Shown here one piece after another: positions 1-9,597 of a stretch of DNA of 64,000 nt (positions within the stretch are counted from its first letter, which is position 1; every line of letters starts with the position of its first letter). Under the pieces are notes generated by a model, which saw nothing but the letters and a program-made list of their open reading frames with translations, was not told the origin of the DNA and ran no database searches. Made by a program: the position numbers and the translations under genes. Source of the DNA: a virus; the IMG/VR virus record IMGVR_UViG_3300021429_002604, positions 32,001-96,000 of that record. One strand, 5' to 3'.

Positions 1-282
1 AAAATATATGATACTTTTACCGGTCAAATAAAAGATAACGAGGAATCTTATGATAAGGGTGGGGTAAAAAGTCCAGTGAACCTGAAAGATTCAAATTTAG
101 CTATCTTATTAAAGAATACGGGATATAGGAATGCTCTCTTTGGATTTAAATATAAGTTCATAAGAGAACCTAAGGTTATTTCGGTTAGTGACTGGGCTAA
201 AATACCATATTTGAGGGTAAATTCTATAGAGGGGTTACCTATACAGGGGATATATAAAGAATATCAATCGAAATTAATTTAA
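1..282 (+). CDS. 3' part of a CDS starting before the window; weak resemblance to the T4 gp2 DNA end protector C-terminus
   Basis: The frame of ORF 76..282 is open back to base 1 (KIYDTFTGQIKDNEES...). The ending VISVSDWAKIPYL is loosely gp2-like, and the gene lies next to the portal. Confidence 0.35.
   Translation, partial: KIYDTFTGQIKDNEESYDKGGVKSPVNLKDSNLAILLKNTGYRNALFGFKYKFIREPKVISVSDWAKIPYLRVNSIEGLPIQGIYKEYQSKLI
249..256 (+). promoter_or_regulatory. GATATATA putative late promoter
   Basis: Exact motif 60 nt upstream of portal 1; it recurs before many virion genes. Confidence 0.55.
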
Positions 283-316
283 AAATATCGATAGAATGAA
301 TAAACTATTTGAATAA

Positions 317-1927
317 ATGGCTGGTTTTGTAGACAATAATAACCCATCTCAGACTCCTGTTGTACAGAGGATAAGGGATTCTGTGAGAAGGATTAGCACT
401 TTCGGAATGAAGTACGACGACATGGTTATTAGAAATTCCCAGGCAGTTGGGATAACCGAAGCGGCTTTTTTAAACAAAAATAAATCCAATGTCGAGGATG
501 AGAGTATGTTATGGACTCTTGCCAAACAGGACATCTCTACTAGACAGTTTATTGGATACTTCGACAAGGACTATAAGGGTAAACGTGACTTCCTGAGGAA
601 GTTTTCACTTAATCCGGAAATTGAATGGGTGCTCGATACCGTGTGCGATGAGGCAATTTCTTATGACCCCTCCAACTTTTTTGCATATCCGGATTTTATA
701 GATCTTAGCGATATAAATGAAAAACTCAAGGATGATCTATATGAGACCTATAAAAGACTATATGATACCTGGGGATTCTCTGATGATATAACTGCTTGGC
801 AATATTTCAGACAGTTTATTATTGATGGATTTTTAGCATTTGAGATCATCTATGATGATAAGGGCCAAAATATCATAGGATTTAAAGAACTGGATGCCGT
901 TACACTTGTACCTAGTGTAGAAAAGCAGATAGATGGATCTTTTGTTAATACGTGGACACAATATCCGCAGGATCCCAAGAGAAAAAGAGTTCTTTACGAT
1001 CCTCAGATCATATACATATCATATGCTAAGGGTAATGCTATCTCAAGAATAAGTTATATTGAGAGATTAATCAGGCCTTATAACATCCTTAGGATAATGG
1101 AGTACACCAGAGTTATCTGGTCAGTAATGAATGCTTCATTTAAATTAAAGATGACAGTTCCTATTGGATCAAAATCACCTCAAAAAGGTATGCAGACCCT
1201 TGGTGAGTTAATGAGCATCTATAAGGAGGATATTGAGCTTAATGACGAGAGCGGGGAGTTAACTATAGATGGTAGGCCAAAAATACAGTTCTATAAGAAT
1301 TATCTAATGCCTTCCGGTGTTAACGGTACTCCAACCATAGAGCCTTTAAACACTGAGGGACCAAATTTAAATGATCCACAGCCTCTAGCATACTTCTTCG
1401 ATAAGTTCATATTGGAATCTAAGGTACCTCCTTCCAGATTTCATAATCCTGATGGTGGAAGTACATCACCTTATTCTAACGGAGCTGAGGGATTGGACAA
1501 GGAGGAGATTAGATTCGCCAAGTTTATATCAAGACTTAGATCAACATTCCAGGAGATTATGGTTAAGCCACTTTGGATACAAATGGTTAAAAAATATCCT
1601 AAGCTTGAAGAGGATTTCTTGTTCAAGAGTCAATTGGGGCTTAATTATTTTTCTGATAATCCATTTAAGTTAAATCAAGAGATGGATATGATGAATAAGA
1701 AAAAAGAAGCCATCACAGCAATGGGAGGATTGGTTGGTGATGAGGATAAACCATATTTCTCTAATGCTTTCCTTATTGAAACCTTCCTGGGTATGTCCAA
1801 ACAGGATATAGATGCAAACAAGGAAGCGATGGAGAGAAAAGAGAAAGAGAAGAAAAAAGCCGAAGAAAAAGGCGGTGAGGAAGAGAAAAAAGAGGGTGAA
1901 GAGGAAGCACCAGCAGTAACACTATAA
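317..1927 (+). CDS. gp20: Portal vertex protein, T4 gp20-like (paralogue 1)
   Basis: 536 aa with gp20-like motifs IDGFLAFEI, ERLIRPYNILRIME..VIW, YF..K....SKVP.SRF and EEIRFAKFISRLRSTF. Confidence 0.9.
   Translation: MAGFVDNNNPSQTPVVQRIRDSVRRISTFGMKYDDMVIRNSQAVGITEAAFLNKNKSNVEDESMLWTLAKQDISTRQFIGYFDKDYKGKRDFLRKFSLNPEIEWVLDTVCDEAISYDPSNFFAYPDFIDLSDINEKLKDDLYETYKRLYDTWGFSDDITAWQYFRQFIIDGFLAFEIIYDDKGQNIIGFKELDAVTLVPSVEKQIDGSFVNTWTQYPQDPKRKRVLYDPQIIYISYAKGNAISRISYIERLIRPYNILRIMEYTRVIWSVMNASFKLKMTVPIGSKSPQKGMQTLGELMSIYKEDIELNDESGELTIDGRPKIQFYKNYLMPSGVNGTPTIEPLNTEGPNLNDPQPLAYFFDKFILESKVPPSRFHNPDGGSTSPYSNGAEGLDKEEIRFAKFISRLRSTFQEIMVKPLWIQMVKKYPKLEEDFLFKSQLGLNYFSDNPFKLNQEMDMMNKKKEAITAMGGLVGDEDKPYFSNAFLIETFLGMSKQDIDANKEAMERKEKEKKKAEEKGGEEEKKEGEEEAPAVTL
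1898..1927 (+). repeat. 30-bp direct repeat copy 1 (encodes EEEAPAVTL-stop)
   Basis: gaagaggaagcaccagcagtaacactataa; 29/30 identical to 3525..3554. Confidence 0.95.
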
Positions 1928-1931
1928 TAAA

Positions 1932-3554
1932 ATGGCAGGATTTTTAGATTATTTAAAACCCAATCAATCTGCTCTAGGTAACATTCTAAAAAACCTAGGC
2001 AACATATCAAAATTTGGTATGCAGTATGATGATATGGTTGTGAGAAATTCTCAAGCCATTGGTAAGACTGAGGGATATTTTTTCAATCAGGACGGTACTG
2101 GTTTCACCCAAAATGATGCCTTTTATTGGACTGCTTCGTATCAGGACACTAAGGTAAGAAAATATATCGCTTACTTTGATAGGGATTATATCGAGAAAAG
2201 AAATTACCTTAGAAAATTTTCTCTTAACGGAGAGATTGAATTTATTATCGATACAGTTACCGATGAGTCAATAACTTATGATGATAGAAACTACTTCGCA
2301 CAACCATCTTTTATAAATCTGGATCTTAAGGATAAGATTAAAGATGAGATGTCAACCAATTATAATAGGCTCTATAACGTATTCGGATTTCAGAATAGTG
2401 TACTAGCTTGGCAGTACTTTAAGCAATTCTTGATTGATGGATTTCTAGCTTTTGAAATTATCTATGATAACAAGGGTAAGGAAGTTATAGGATTTAAGGA
2501 ATTAGACCCATCATCTCTTCAGCCCGTTGTTGAAAAAGTCGGTGAAAATGAATATAAACAATTCTGGATCCAGTACCCGCAGAATCCTCAAATGAGCAGG
2601 AAGCTTACAAATGAGCAGGTTATTTATATTTCATATGCTAAGGGTAATAGCGTTTCTAGAGTTAGTTATATCGAAAGACTAGTTAGATCTTATAACATTT
2701 TAAGAATCATGGAAAATTCCAGAGTTATCTGGAATGTGATGAACGCTTCATATAGGCTTAAATTTATTATTCCGATTGGTAGTCAGTCACCTCAGAAAGC
2801 AATGCAAACACTCGGACAACTGATGTCGAATTACAAGGAGGATATTTCAATCAATGATGCTTCGGGTGAATTAACAATTAACGGTAGACCGAAGGTTCAA
2901 TTTTATAAAAATTACCTGTTTCCTGAAAAGGATGGGCAATCACCAACTATCGAGTCTCTAAACCCAAGCGGTCCTGATTTTAATGTTATGGAGAATGTTT
3001 TATACTTCTTTAATAAACTTAAGATGGATTCAAAAATTCCTTATGCTAGATTTGCTTCCAAAAACGGAACACCAGCAAACTATCAGATTTCTATAGATCA
3101 GTTAGAAAGGGACGAAATTAGATTTGAAAAGTTCCTTAGAAGGCTAAGATCGATATTCCAAGAAATACTCGTTAAACCACTTTATTTACAAATGTGTCTG
3201 GATCATCCGGAGCTATCTAGAGATAAAAGCTTTAAAGCAAATATCGGACTTAATTACTATCGTGATAGCGAATTTGAGGAGATGGTGGAGATGTCGGGCT
3301 TTACAAAAAGAAGCGAATTCATAAAAGGACTAGGCGAACTTAAAGTAAAAGCTGGCGAGGAAGAAAAAGCATATTTTGATAACGACTTCCTAATACAGAG
3401 ATATCTGGGTATGAATCCTGATCAGATTAAAATGAATCAGAAGTACAAGGAAAAAGAAGCTAAAGCAGCAGAGAAAACTAAAGGCGGAGCGGAAGGTGAA
3501 GCCGGCGGAGAGGAAGCAGCAGGAGAAGAGGAAGCACCAGCAGTAACATTATAA
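1932..3554 (+). CDS. gp20: Portal vertex protein, T4 gp20-like (paralogue 2)
   Basis: 540 aa, colinear with paralogue 1 (e.g. YISYAKGN..SR.SYIERL.R.YNILRIME; DEIRFEKFLRRLRSIFQEI). Confidence 0.9.
   Translation: MAGFLDYLKPNQSALGNILKNLGNISKFGMQYDDMVVRNSQAIGKTEGYFFNQDGTGFTQNDAFYWTASYQDTKVRKYIAYFDRDYIEKRNYLRKFSLNGEIEFIIDTVTDESITYDDRNYFAQPSFINLDLKDKIKDEMSTNYNRLYNVFGFQNSVLAWQYFKQFLIDGFLAFEIIYDNKGKEVIGFKELDPSSLQPVVEKVGENEYKQFWIQYPQNPQMSRKLTNEQVIYISYAKGNSVSRVSYIERLVRSYNILRIMENSRVIWNVMNASYRLKFIIPIGSQSPQKAMQTLGQLMSNYKEDISINDASGELTINGRPKVQFYKNYLFPEKDGQSPTIESLNPSGPDFNVMENVLYFFNKLKMDSKIPYARFASKNGTPANYQISIDQLERDEIRFEKFLRRLRSIFQEILVKPLYLQMCLDHPELSRDKSFKANIGLNYYRDSEFEEMVEMSGFTKRSEFIKGLGELKVKAGEEEKAYFDNDFLIQRYLGMNPDQIKMNQKYKEKEAKAAEKTKGGAEGEAGGEEAAGEEEAPAVTL
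3525..3554 (+). repeat. 30-bp direct repeat copy 2 (encodes EEEAPAVTL-stop)
   Basis: gaagaggaagcaccagcagtaacattataa. Confidence 0.95.
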
Positions 3555-3573
3555 ACCCTTTAAATTCCTAATA

Positions 3574-4551
3574 ATGGAATTGGATCTACTTAAAAAATTT
3601 TCTCGCAGTAAAATATTAATCGTCGGGGATGTTATGCTGGACCATTATGTGATGGGTTCAGTGACAAGAATTTCTCCGGAAGCACCAGTTCCTGTTCTTC
3701 TGAAAGAATCTGAACATTATTATCTGGGTGGAGCAGGAAATGTTTTTTCCAATATACATTCATTGGGTGGTAATGGTGATATTCTAACCGTTACTGGAAA
3801 TGATTCAAACGGAGACCTAGTAAAAAACATGATAAAGGAAAAATCCTCCCTAAGTATCCTAGTTAAAACCGACAAGAGAAGAACCACTATTAAATCAAGA
3901 TATCTTGGAAATTCGCATCAGCTTCTCAGAGTTGATGACGAAGATTGTGATGATATCGACAAGGAGACAGAGGATTATTTTATAGATCTGCTTGAATCTA
4001 CTATTGAATTTTATGAGTGCGTTATTATCGAAGATTATAATAAAGGATTAATGACTCCCAGAATTATAAGAAGAACGATAGAACTTTGCAATGCTAAAAA
4101 CAAACCAGTTATAGTTGATCCCAAAGTAAAGAATATAGATTTTTATAAAGGATGCACCGTACTTAAACCGAACTTCTCCGAATTTTGCACTATTGCGGGA
4201 AAGAAAATGTCTGCATCTGATTTTGATCAAATAACGGAGGAAGCCAGAAAAATTCTGGACAGTATGGAAATAAAGGGTATTCTGGTGACTCTTTCTGATA
4301 AGGGCATGCTATATGTTACCCGATACGAATCTTATCACAGCCCAGGGTATCCAATAAACGTTTCTGATGTTTCCGGTGCCGGTGACACAGTAACAGCTAT
4401 GTTCTCTCTTTGTATATCATCTGGAGTTGATATCAAAAAGGCATTAAAGCTATGTAACATAGCAGGATCTATTGCCTGCTCACTAGTTGGAGCTGTCTCA
4501 GTTAGTCTTAACGAGATCACGGAGAGCAAATATTTCAGATCTAACCCATAG
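3574..4551 (+). CDS. hldE: D-glycero-beta-D-manno-heptose-7-phosphate kinase (HldE/RfaE domain I, PfkB family)
   Basis: GDVMLDHY..G...RISPEAPVPV, GGAGNV, EDYNKG, VDPK, KPNFSE and VSDVSGAGDTV. Confidence 0.9.
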   Translation: MELDLLKKFSRSKILIVGDVMLDHYVMGSVTRISPEAPVPVLLKESEHYYLGGAGNVFSNIHSLGGNGDILTVTGNDSNGDLVKNMIKEKSSLSILVKTDKRRTTIKSRYLGNSHQLLRVDDEDCDDIDKETEDYFIDLLESTIEFYECVIIEDYNKGLMTPRIIRRTIELCNAKNKPVIVDPKVKNIDFYKGCTVLKPNFSEFCTIAGKKMSASDFDQITEEARKILDSMEIKGILVTLSDKGMLYVTRYESYHSPGYPINVSDVSGAGDTVTAMFSLCISSGVDIKKALKLCNIAGSIACSLVGAVSVSLNEITESKYFRSNP

Positions 4552-4579
4552 AATATTTTTTTTAGCCGAAATCCTTGTC

Positions 4580-4587
4580 TATATTTG
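4580..4587 (+). promoter_or_regulatory. Bacteroidota sigmaA-type -7 element TAnnTTTG
   Basis: TATATTTG in the intergenic gap, 18 nt before the ligase ATG. Confidence 0.6.
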
Positions 4588-4605
4588 TGAAAATTAAAAA
4601 CAAAT

Positions 4606-5937
4606 ATGATACAGGAATTAAGACTATTTAAGACATTAGAAAATCTAACTGGAGAAGGATCACAGAAAGCCAAACAGATCATCATAGGCGATAATCTGAG
4701 TGATAGGTTCTCTTATATGTTGGATATTTGCTATAACCCATTCGTTACAACAAAACTTCATAAGATCTCTTTTAACGAGGCTTTATCTGACGCTAATCAT
4801 AATCATTGGGAAGATTTTAAAAAGCTAATAGAGGAGCTTAAAACGGCTCCTGCAGCAAACGATTTACTAAGAGGGAGAGCTCAGGATTTGGTTTCTCAAA
4901 AAATATCAGAAGACCCGCAGGAAGATCTTGAACTCAGAACAGTTCTTATGAAAATTCTAACCAAAAGAATGAATATTGGGATTGGAGCCAAGCTAATTAA
5001 CAAGGCGGTTAAAAAAGAACTTATTCCGGATCCATCACTCATGTTAGCAACAGACGATCACGAAACCATAGAAAAATGGGACAAAATATACTGTGAGGAG
5101 AAATATGATGGTGTCAGAGTTATTGCACTTTACAAGAATGGGGAATTCTCATATTTCACCAGGGCGTTTAACGAATTAGACTCGAGTTGCTTTCCTAAGA
5201 TTACTTTTGATCTTAAAACATGCCTTATAAACAGCGGATTAAAAGGCGATTGGTTTTTCGACGGTGAATTAACGGACCTCAATAGAAAATCAGTAAGTGG
5301 TAAAGTTACCCAGATATTGAGAGGAAAGGTTGATTCATCAATAGAGTCCGGTTTATTATTCAATGTGTTTGATTTTGAAGAGGCTTCATCACTAGAGAAA
5401 GGCTCCGGTGTTATAGATTACAAAACACGTAGAGACACTTTGGAAAAGATACTTCGTTATATCGGTTCCGATTCCCCAGTAAAACTGGCACAAATGTGGG
5501 AGCTTAGTGATCCTAGCGAGGTAACGGCTATTTATAAGAAAATAGTTGATTTAGGAGGTGAGGGCGTTATTTGCAAGGATAACGGAGTATATGAATGTAA
5601 AAGATCTAAATCTTGGGTTAAATTTAAAGAGGTTAGTGATTGCGATCTTGAAATAACTGGTTGGTATCCAGGAGAGGGCAAGAGGGAAGGATTTATCGGA
5701 GGATTCATTTTGACCGATAGCTCAAGAACACTAAATGTTAAGGTTGGAGCAGGATTTACTGATAATGATCTAAAGGCACTAAGCCAAGATCCCGACTCGC
5801 ATATCGGAAAAATTGCTGCTATCCAATATAACGTGACTATCACGGACAAGCACGGAAATAGATCTTTATTTCTTCCACGTTTCATAGAGGTCAGAAGTGA
5901 TAAAAATTCACCTGACGATTTTTCGGGAAAATTTTAA
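4606..5937 (+). CDS. gp30: ATP-dependent DNA ligase (T4 gp30-like)
   Basis: EEKYDGVR adenylation motif, FFDGEL, EGVICK, WVKFK and an OB-fold ending in SLFLPRF. Confidence 0.95.
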   Translation: MIQELRLFKTLENLTGEGSQKAKQIIIGDNLSDRFSYMLDICYNPFVTTKLHKISFNEALSDANHNHWEDFKKLIEELKTAPAANDLLRGRAQDLVSQKISEDPQEDLELRTVLMKILTKRMNIGIGAKLINKAVKKELIPDPSLMLATDDHETIEKWDKIYCEEKYDGVRVIALYKNGEFSYFTRAFNELDSSCFPKITFDLKTCLINSGLKGDWFFDGELTDLNRKSVSGKVTQILRGKVDSSIESGLLFNVFDFEEASSLEKGSGVIDYKTRRDTLEKILRYIGSDSPVKLAQMWELSDPSEVTAIYKKIVDLGGEGVICKDNGVYECKRSKSWVKFKEVSDCDLEITGWYPGEGKREGFIGGFILTDSSRTLNVKVGAGFTDNDLKALSQDPDSHIGKIAAIQYNVTITDKHGNRSLFLPRFIEVRSDKNSPDDFSGKF

Positions 5938-5965
5938 GAAACAAGCTTCTAATTAACAACTAAAA
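5938..5965 (+). promoter_or_regulatory. Bipartite promoter motif GAAAC-N17-CTAAAA
   Basis: Lies just upstream of the clamp loader; the same spacing occurs at five other sites. Confidence 0.55.
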
Positions 5966-5970
5966 AGAAT

Positions 5971-6915
5971 ATGATACAAGAATTATTAACAGAGAAACTT
6001 AGACCAAAAGAGCTAAGACATATGATTCTCCCTCAGAGAATCTCTAAGATATTTGAGAATGGATTAAATCAGAACGTTCTTTTAAGCGGTCCTCCAGGAT
6101 GTGGAAAAACAACTTTAGCAAAAATTTTAGCTGCTCCGTATCCGCATATTTTTATAAACGGATCCGATGAAAGCTCGGTTGAAACTATCAGAGTCAAGAT
6201 AAATGATTTCTGTTCAACTATATCAGTCCTAGATGGTAGATCGTCTAAGAAGGTTGTTATATTGGATGAGTTTGACGGGGTATCAGATCAGTTTCACAAA
6301 GCCCTCCGCGGAACTATTGAGAAGTTTGCTAGCAATACAAGATTCGTTGCAACCTGCAACTATATAAATAAGATTCCCGATGCAATCCAGAGTAGATTTG
6401 AGGTTATTGATTTTAATCCAGTTAGCAACGACGAGGAGGAATCATTAAAAGCAGAATGGAACAAGAGGGTAAGCCTTATATTATCAAAGCTTAATATCTC
6501 GATCGATGCAGATTCTCTATTGGAGTTCCAAAAGAACTACTACCCAGATTTCAGATCGGCATTGAATAAGATCCAAAGTTGGAACATCGAGAATGTGACC
6601 GTGGTGGATTCTAAAAAAATGCAGGAGCTTGGATGGTCTTATGAATCTTTATATGATCTAATAGTAACATCTAAAGACCCGGTTAAAAATTATCAAACAA
6701 TAGTTGGTGAATATCAAGGTAAGGTTGATGATGTGATGTCTGCCCTTGGCGAGGAGTTTATTAAATGGATAATTGATAACAAACCAGAATTAAGAAAAAT
6801 AATCCCTGGTGTTATCATCCTTGTTGCAGATCACCAATCACAAAGAAACCAGGTGATTGACCCTATGGTTTCTCTTCTATCACTTGTTTATCAAATACAG
6901 AAATTAGTAGAATAG
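5971..6915 (+). CDS. gp44: Clamp loader AAA+ subunit (T4 gp44 / RFC small subunit-like)
   Basis: EKLRP, Walker A GPPGCGKT, Walker B ILDEFD, TCNY and IQSRF. Confidence 0.92.
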   Translation: MIQELLTEKLRPKELRHMILPQRISKIFENGLNQNVLLSGPPGCGKTTLAKILAAPYPHIFINGSDESSVETIRVKINDFCSTISVLDGRSSKKVVILDEFDGVSDQFHKALRGTIEKFASNTRFVATCNYINKIPDAIQSRFEVIDFNPVSNDEEESLKAEWNKRVSLILSKLNISIDADSLLEFQKNYYPDFRSALNKIQSWNIENVTVVDSKKMQELGWSYESLYDLIVTSKDPVKNYQTIVGEYQGKVDDVMSALGEEFIKWIIDNKPELRKIIPGVIILVADHQSQRNQVIDPMVSLLSLVYQIQKLVE

Positions 6916-7446
6916 ATGAGAAGAGTAATATTAGTTGGTAAGGGTGGTTCAGGAAAAGATCACGCAAGAAAGCTTTTAGAAGATAGAGGATTTAGATATT
7001 GCGTTTCACACACGACAAGGCCTCCTAGAGAGGGTGAGATACAGGGAAAAGATTATCATTTTATAAGCAGAGATGCTGCTGCCCACGATTTTGAAGCGAA
7101 GGGACTTTTCTATGAATATGTTATATTTAATGGATGGGTATACGGAACCACGAAGGAGGAGTTCGTAAAATCAAATCTATTTATAATGACACCATCAGGG
7201 ATAGCTAAACTCCTTCCTGAAGATAGAAAAGAATCATTAATAGTTTATTTAGATATAGACGAAGAAACAAGAAGACTGAGACTTTTAGGCCGGAGAGATG
7301 CTGATAGCGTGGAGAGAAGATTAAAAGCTGACGACGACGATTTTGAAAACTTTAAAGATTTTGACCATAGAATAGTAGACCCTGAATTCTCAATTGATGA
7401 GGAATGGGCTTCGGTTGAGAATTATAAAACGGAACAATTAAAATAA
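6916..7446 (+). CDS. gmk: Guanylate kinase
   Basis: GKGGSGKD P-loop, VSHTTRPPREGE..GKDYHF and YGT. Confidence 0.9.
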   Translation: MRRVILVGKGGSGKDHARKLLEDRGFRYCVSHTTRPPREGEIQGKDYHFISRDAAAHDFEAKGLFYEYVIFNGWVYGTTKEEFVKSNLFIMTPSGIAKLLPEDRKESLIVYLDIDEETRRLRLLGRRDADSVERRLKADDDDFENFKDFDHRIVDPEFSIDEEWASVENYKTEQLK

Positions 7447-7449
7447 AAT

Positions 7450-8598
7450 ATGGTTAATATACTGATAGACGGAAATTACATCTTTCATAAAACATTCGGA
7501 ATATTCGGCGGTTACGGAAATGTCGATCCAGGTAAGATACTTAAGGATAAATCTGAACAAGCAGCTTTTATTAGAAAAGTATCAACTGATCTCTGTTCTT
7601 CCCTAAAGATGATACCTCAGGGTGGTAGATTAGTTTTCACCGCAGATAGCAGAAGTTGGAGAAAGGATATTGAAATAGAGGACGGTGGTTATAAATCAGG
7701 AAGAGTTAAGGACGAAGCCGTTGACTGGACTATCTTTTTTGAACTTATGCAATCATTTGGTTCTCATCTCGAAAAGATGGGATTTATTTTTTCTAAGGTC
7801 GAAGGAGCTGAAGGTGATGATCTTCTAATGTTTTGGTCGGATCACTTTAATAGCAAAAAAGAAAATTGTATAATCATAACGGGTGATAAAGATCTACATC
7901 AGTTAGCAAAAATATCTGGAGGTTCATGGACTGCCATATGGAATAATAATTCGAAGAAGAATACCATATCTGTTCCGAGAGGATGGAAAGAATCATGGCT
8001 TGATAAGAACGAGTCAGTTAACATTTTTAATATGGCTTCAACAATCTCTCCCGAGAAGGAAAGATTTAAAGACTTCCTAAAGAAGGTTCAAATCGAAGAA
8101 ATTGAGAGCAGACCTTTTATATTCAATAAGATACTCATTGGCGATAAAGGTGATTCTGTTCCCGGTGTATTCACTTACATGCAAAACAATAAACCAGTCA
8201 ATTTTACGCAGAAGAAATCTGATACCGTATACGAAGCATTTTTAGAATCTGAATGGTGTGACGAATCTTTCGGAACACTAGTCAACTCATCGGAAAGTGA
8301 AGAATTTCTAAACTGGTTAAGTGGATTAGTAATTAGAACATCTAAGGGTGTTGATAGCTCCGAGAATAGAATTAAGGTAAAATCTAATATAATTAGAAAC
8401 TTTAAGCTCATGTGGTTAAATTCATCAATGATACCCGATTTTGTTACTAATGGATGTATGGATGAAATATCAAGAGGTATTTCGCTAGAAAAAAGATCGG
8501 TAACTCTAGATAGAATTAAAATATTAGAAGGAACCGAATGGGTTACCTCCGGATATCAACCTAGGGGATTCGATCCTTTTGAACATCTTATAAAATAA
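7450..8598 (+). CDS. rnh: 5'-3' exonuclease / T4 RNase H-like (FEN family)
   Basis: LIDGNY, EGAEGDD, IITGDKDLHQL and GDKGDSVPGV. Confidence 0.88.
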   Translation: MVNILIDGNYIFHKTFGIFGGYGNVDPGKILKDKSEQAAFIRKVSTDLCSSLKMIPQGGRLVFTADSRSWRKDIEIEDGGYKSGRVKDEAVDWTIFFELMQSFGSHLEKMGFIFSKVEGAEGDDLLMFWSDHFNSKKENCIIITGDKDLHQLAKISGGSWTAIWNNNSKKNTISVPRGWKESWLDKNESVNIFNMASTISPEKERFKDFLKKVQIEEIESRPFIFNKILIGDKGDSVPGVFTYMQNNKPVNFTQKKSDTVYEAFLESEWCDESFGTLVNSSESEEFLNWLSGLVIRTSKGVDSSENRIKVKSNIIRNFKLMWLNSSMIPDFVTNGCMDEISRGISLEKRSVTLDRIKILEGTEWVTSGYQPRGFDPFEHLIK

Positions 8599-8604
8599 AA
8601 GATA

Positions 8605-9024
8605 ATGCAGCTTTTTGATATAGTTAAAAATATATTTTCGACAAACGACAAGAACTGGAAATCTGTGGGGAGGATCGATAAATCAAGGAATTTTTTCATG
8701 GTTAATCGAATAATGTCTATACAGTTCCCCATCCAGGCGAACCAGTTCAATAAATTAAAAGTTACCCCTGCACCTGTTGTTGATTGGTGGAGAGACACAC
8801 TATCGCATAGATTTAGCAAACCACCGGTCTGGATATACACCAAAACAAAAAAGGTGGAAAAGCAGGAGGAAACACAAATCAAGGAATCTCCTGAGGTTGA
8901 GTCCTTTATAAGGGATAAATACAAGATAACAAGAAGGGATCTTCTCCAGATAAAAGAATTCTATCCGGATAGATACCAAGCATGGCTATCCGATATAGCT
9001 GAACAAACCGGACTTCAAAAATAG
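8605..9024 (+). CDS. Possible clamp loader small subunit (gp62-like)
   Basis: 139 aa; the start MQLFD and FMVNRIMS resemble gp62-like proteins; sits in the replication block. Confidence 0.4.
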   Translation: MQLFDIVKNIFSTNDKNWKSVGRIDKSRNFFMVNRIMSIQFPIQANQFNKLKVTPAPVVDWWRDTLSHRFSKPPVWIYTKTKKVEKQEETQIKESPEVESFIRDKYKITRRDLLQIKEFYPDRYQAWLSDIAEQTGLQK

Positions 9025-9038
9025 GAATATATAGAGGA

Positions 9039-9593
9039 ATGAAAAAAGGGAATAACAAATTAATCGACAAAGTTATCTCAAGTTTAGATTGGGATGCTAT
9101 TTACGAGGTGAACAAGTGCTTTAAGCATGGAGTAGGAGACGGAACTTCAGCTATACCTGGTGTTAAAAGAAAACCCTTTGCTGACGGGATAACTAAGAAT
9201 GACATAAAGAATGAACTAAAAAGTCTTCTTAAATATGTCATAGAGAATGATTTAGCTGAGGTTATTTATGGATACTGGATGATATTCTGGAATAATGCAG
9301 AATGGTCGGAAGAATCGATCAACCAACTAAGGGATCAGTATGACGAGGATGAAGAGGATGATGAAGATTTTGATGCCATCATATTGGATTCTACCCTGGA
9401 GGTCATATACTCACCTCAGAGAATTTGTGCTATTGAAAATACCCAATTAAAGGATATAAAAAGAGAAGATTCTGATATGAGTAATCTTGAATCTATGCTT
9501 AAAAAAGCTCTGTCTAGGGAACAATATGAACTGGCATCTAAAATAAGAGACGTGATTAAGCTACAAAATAGCTCTGAGCAATCGGATACATAG
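9039..9593 (+). CDS. Hypothetical protein with an acidic tract and C-terminal UVR (UvrB/C) coiled-coil motif
   Basis: LESMLKKALSREQYELASKIRD fits the UVR pattern L...A...E.YE.AA.IRD. Confidence 0.6.
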   Translation: MKKGNNKLIDKVISSLDWDAIYEVNKCFKHGVGDGTSAIPGVKRKPFADGITKNDIKNELKSLLKYVIENDLAEVIYGYWMIFWNNAEWSEESINQLRDQYDEDEEDDEDFDAIILDSTLEVIYSPQRICAIENTQLKDIKREDSDMSNLESMLKKALSREQYELASKIRDVIKLQNSSEQSDT

Positions 9594-9597
9594 TCTA

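Noticed and set aside
76-282. 68-aa stand-alone ORF from a GTG start
   Set aside because: The frame is open to base 1, so it is the tail of a longer upstream gene.
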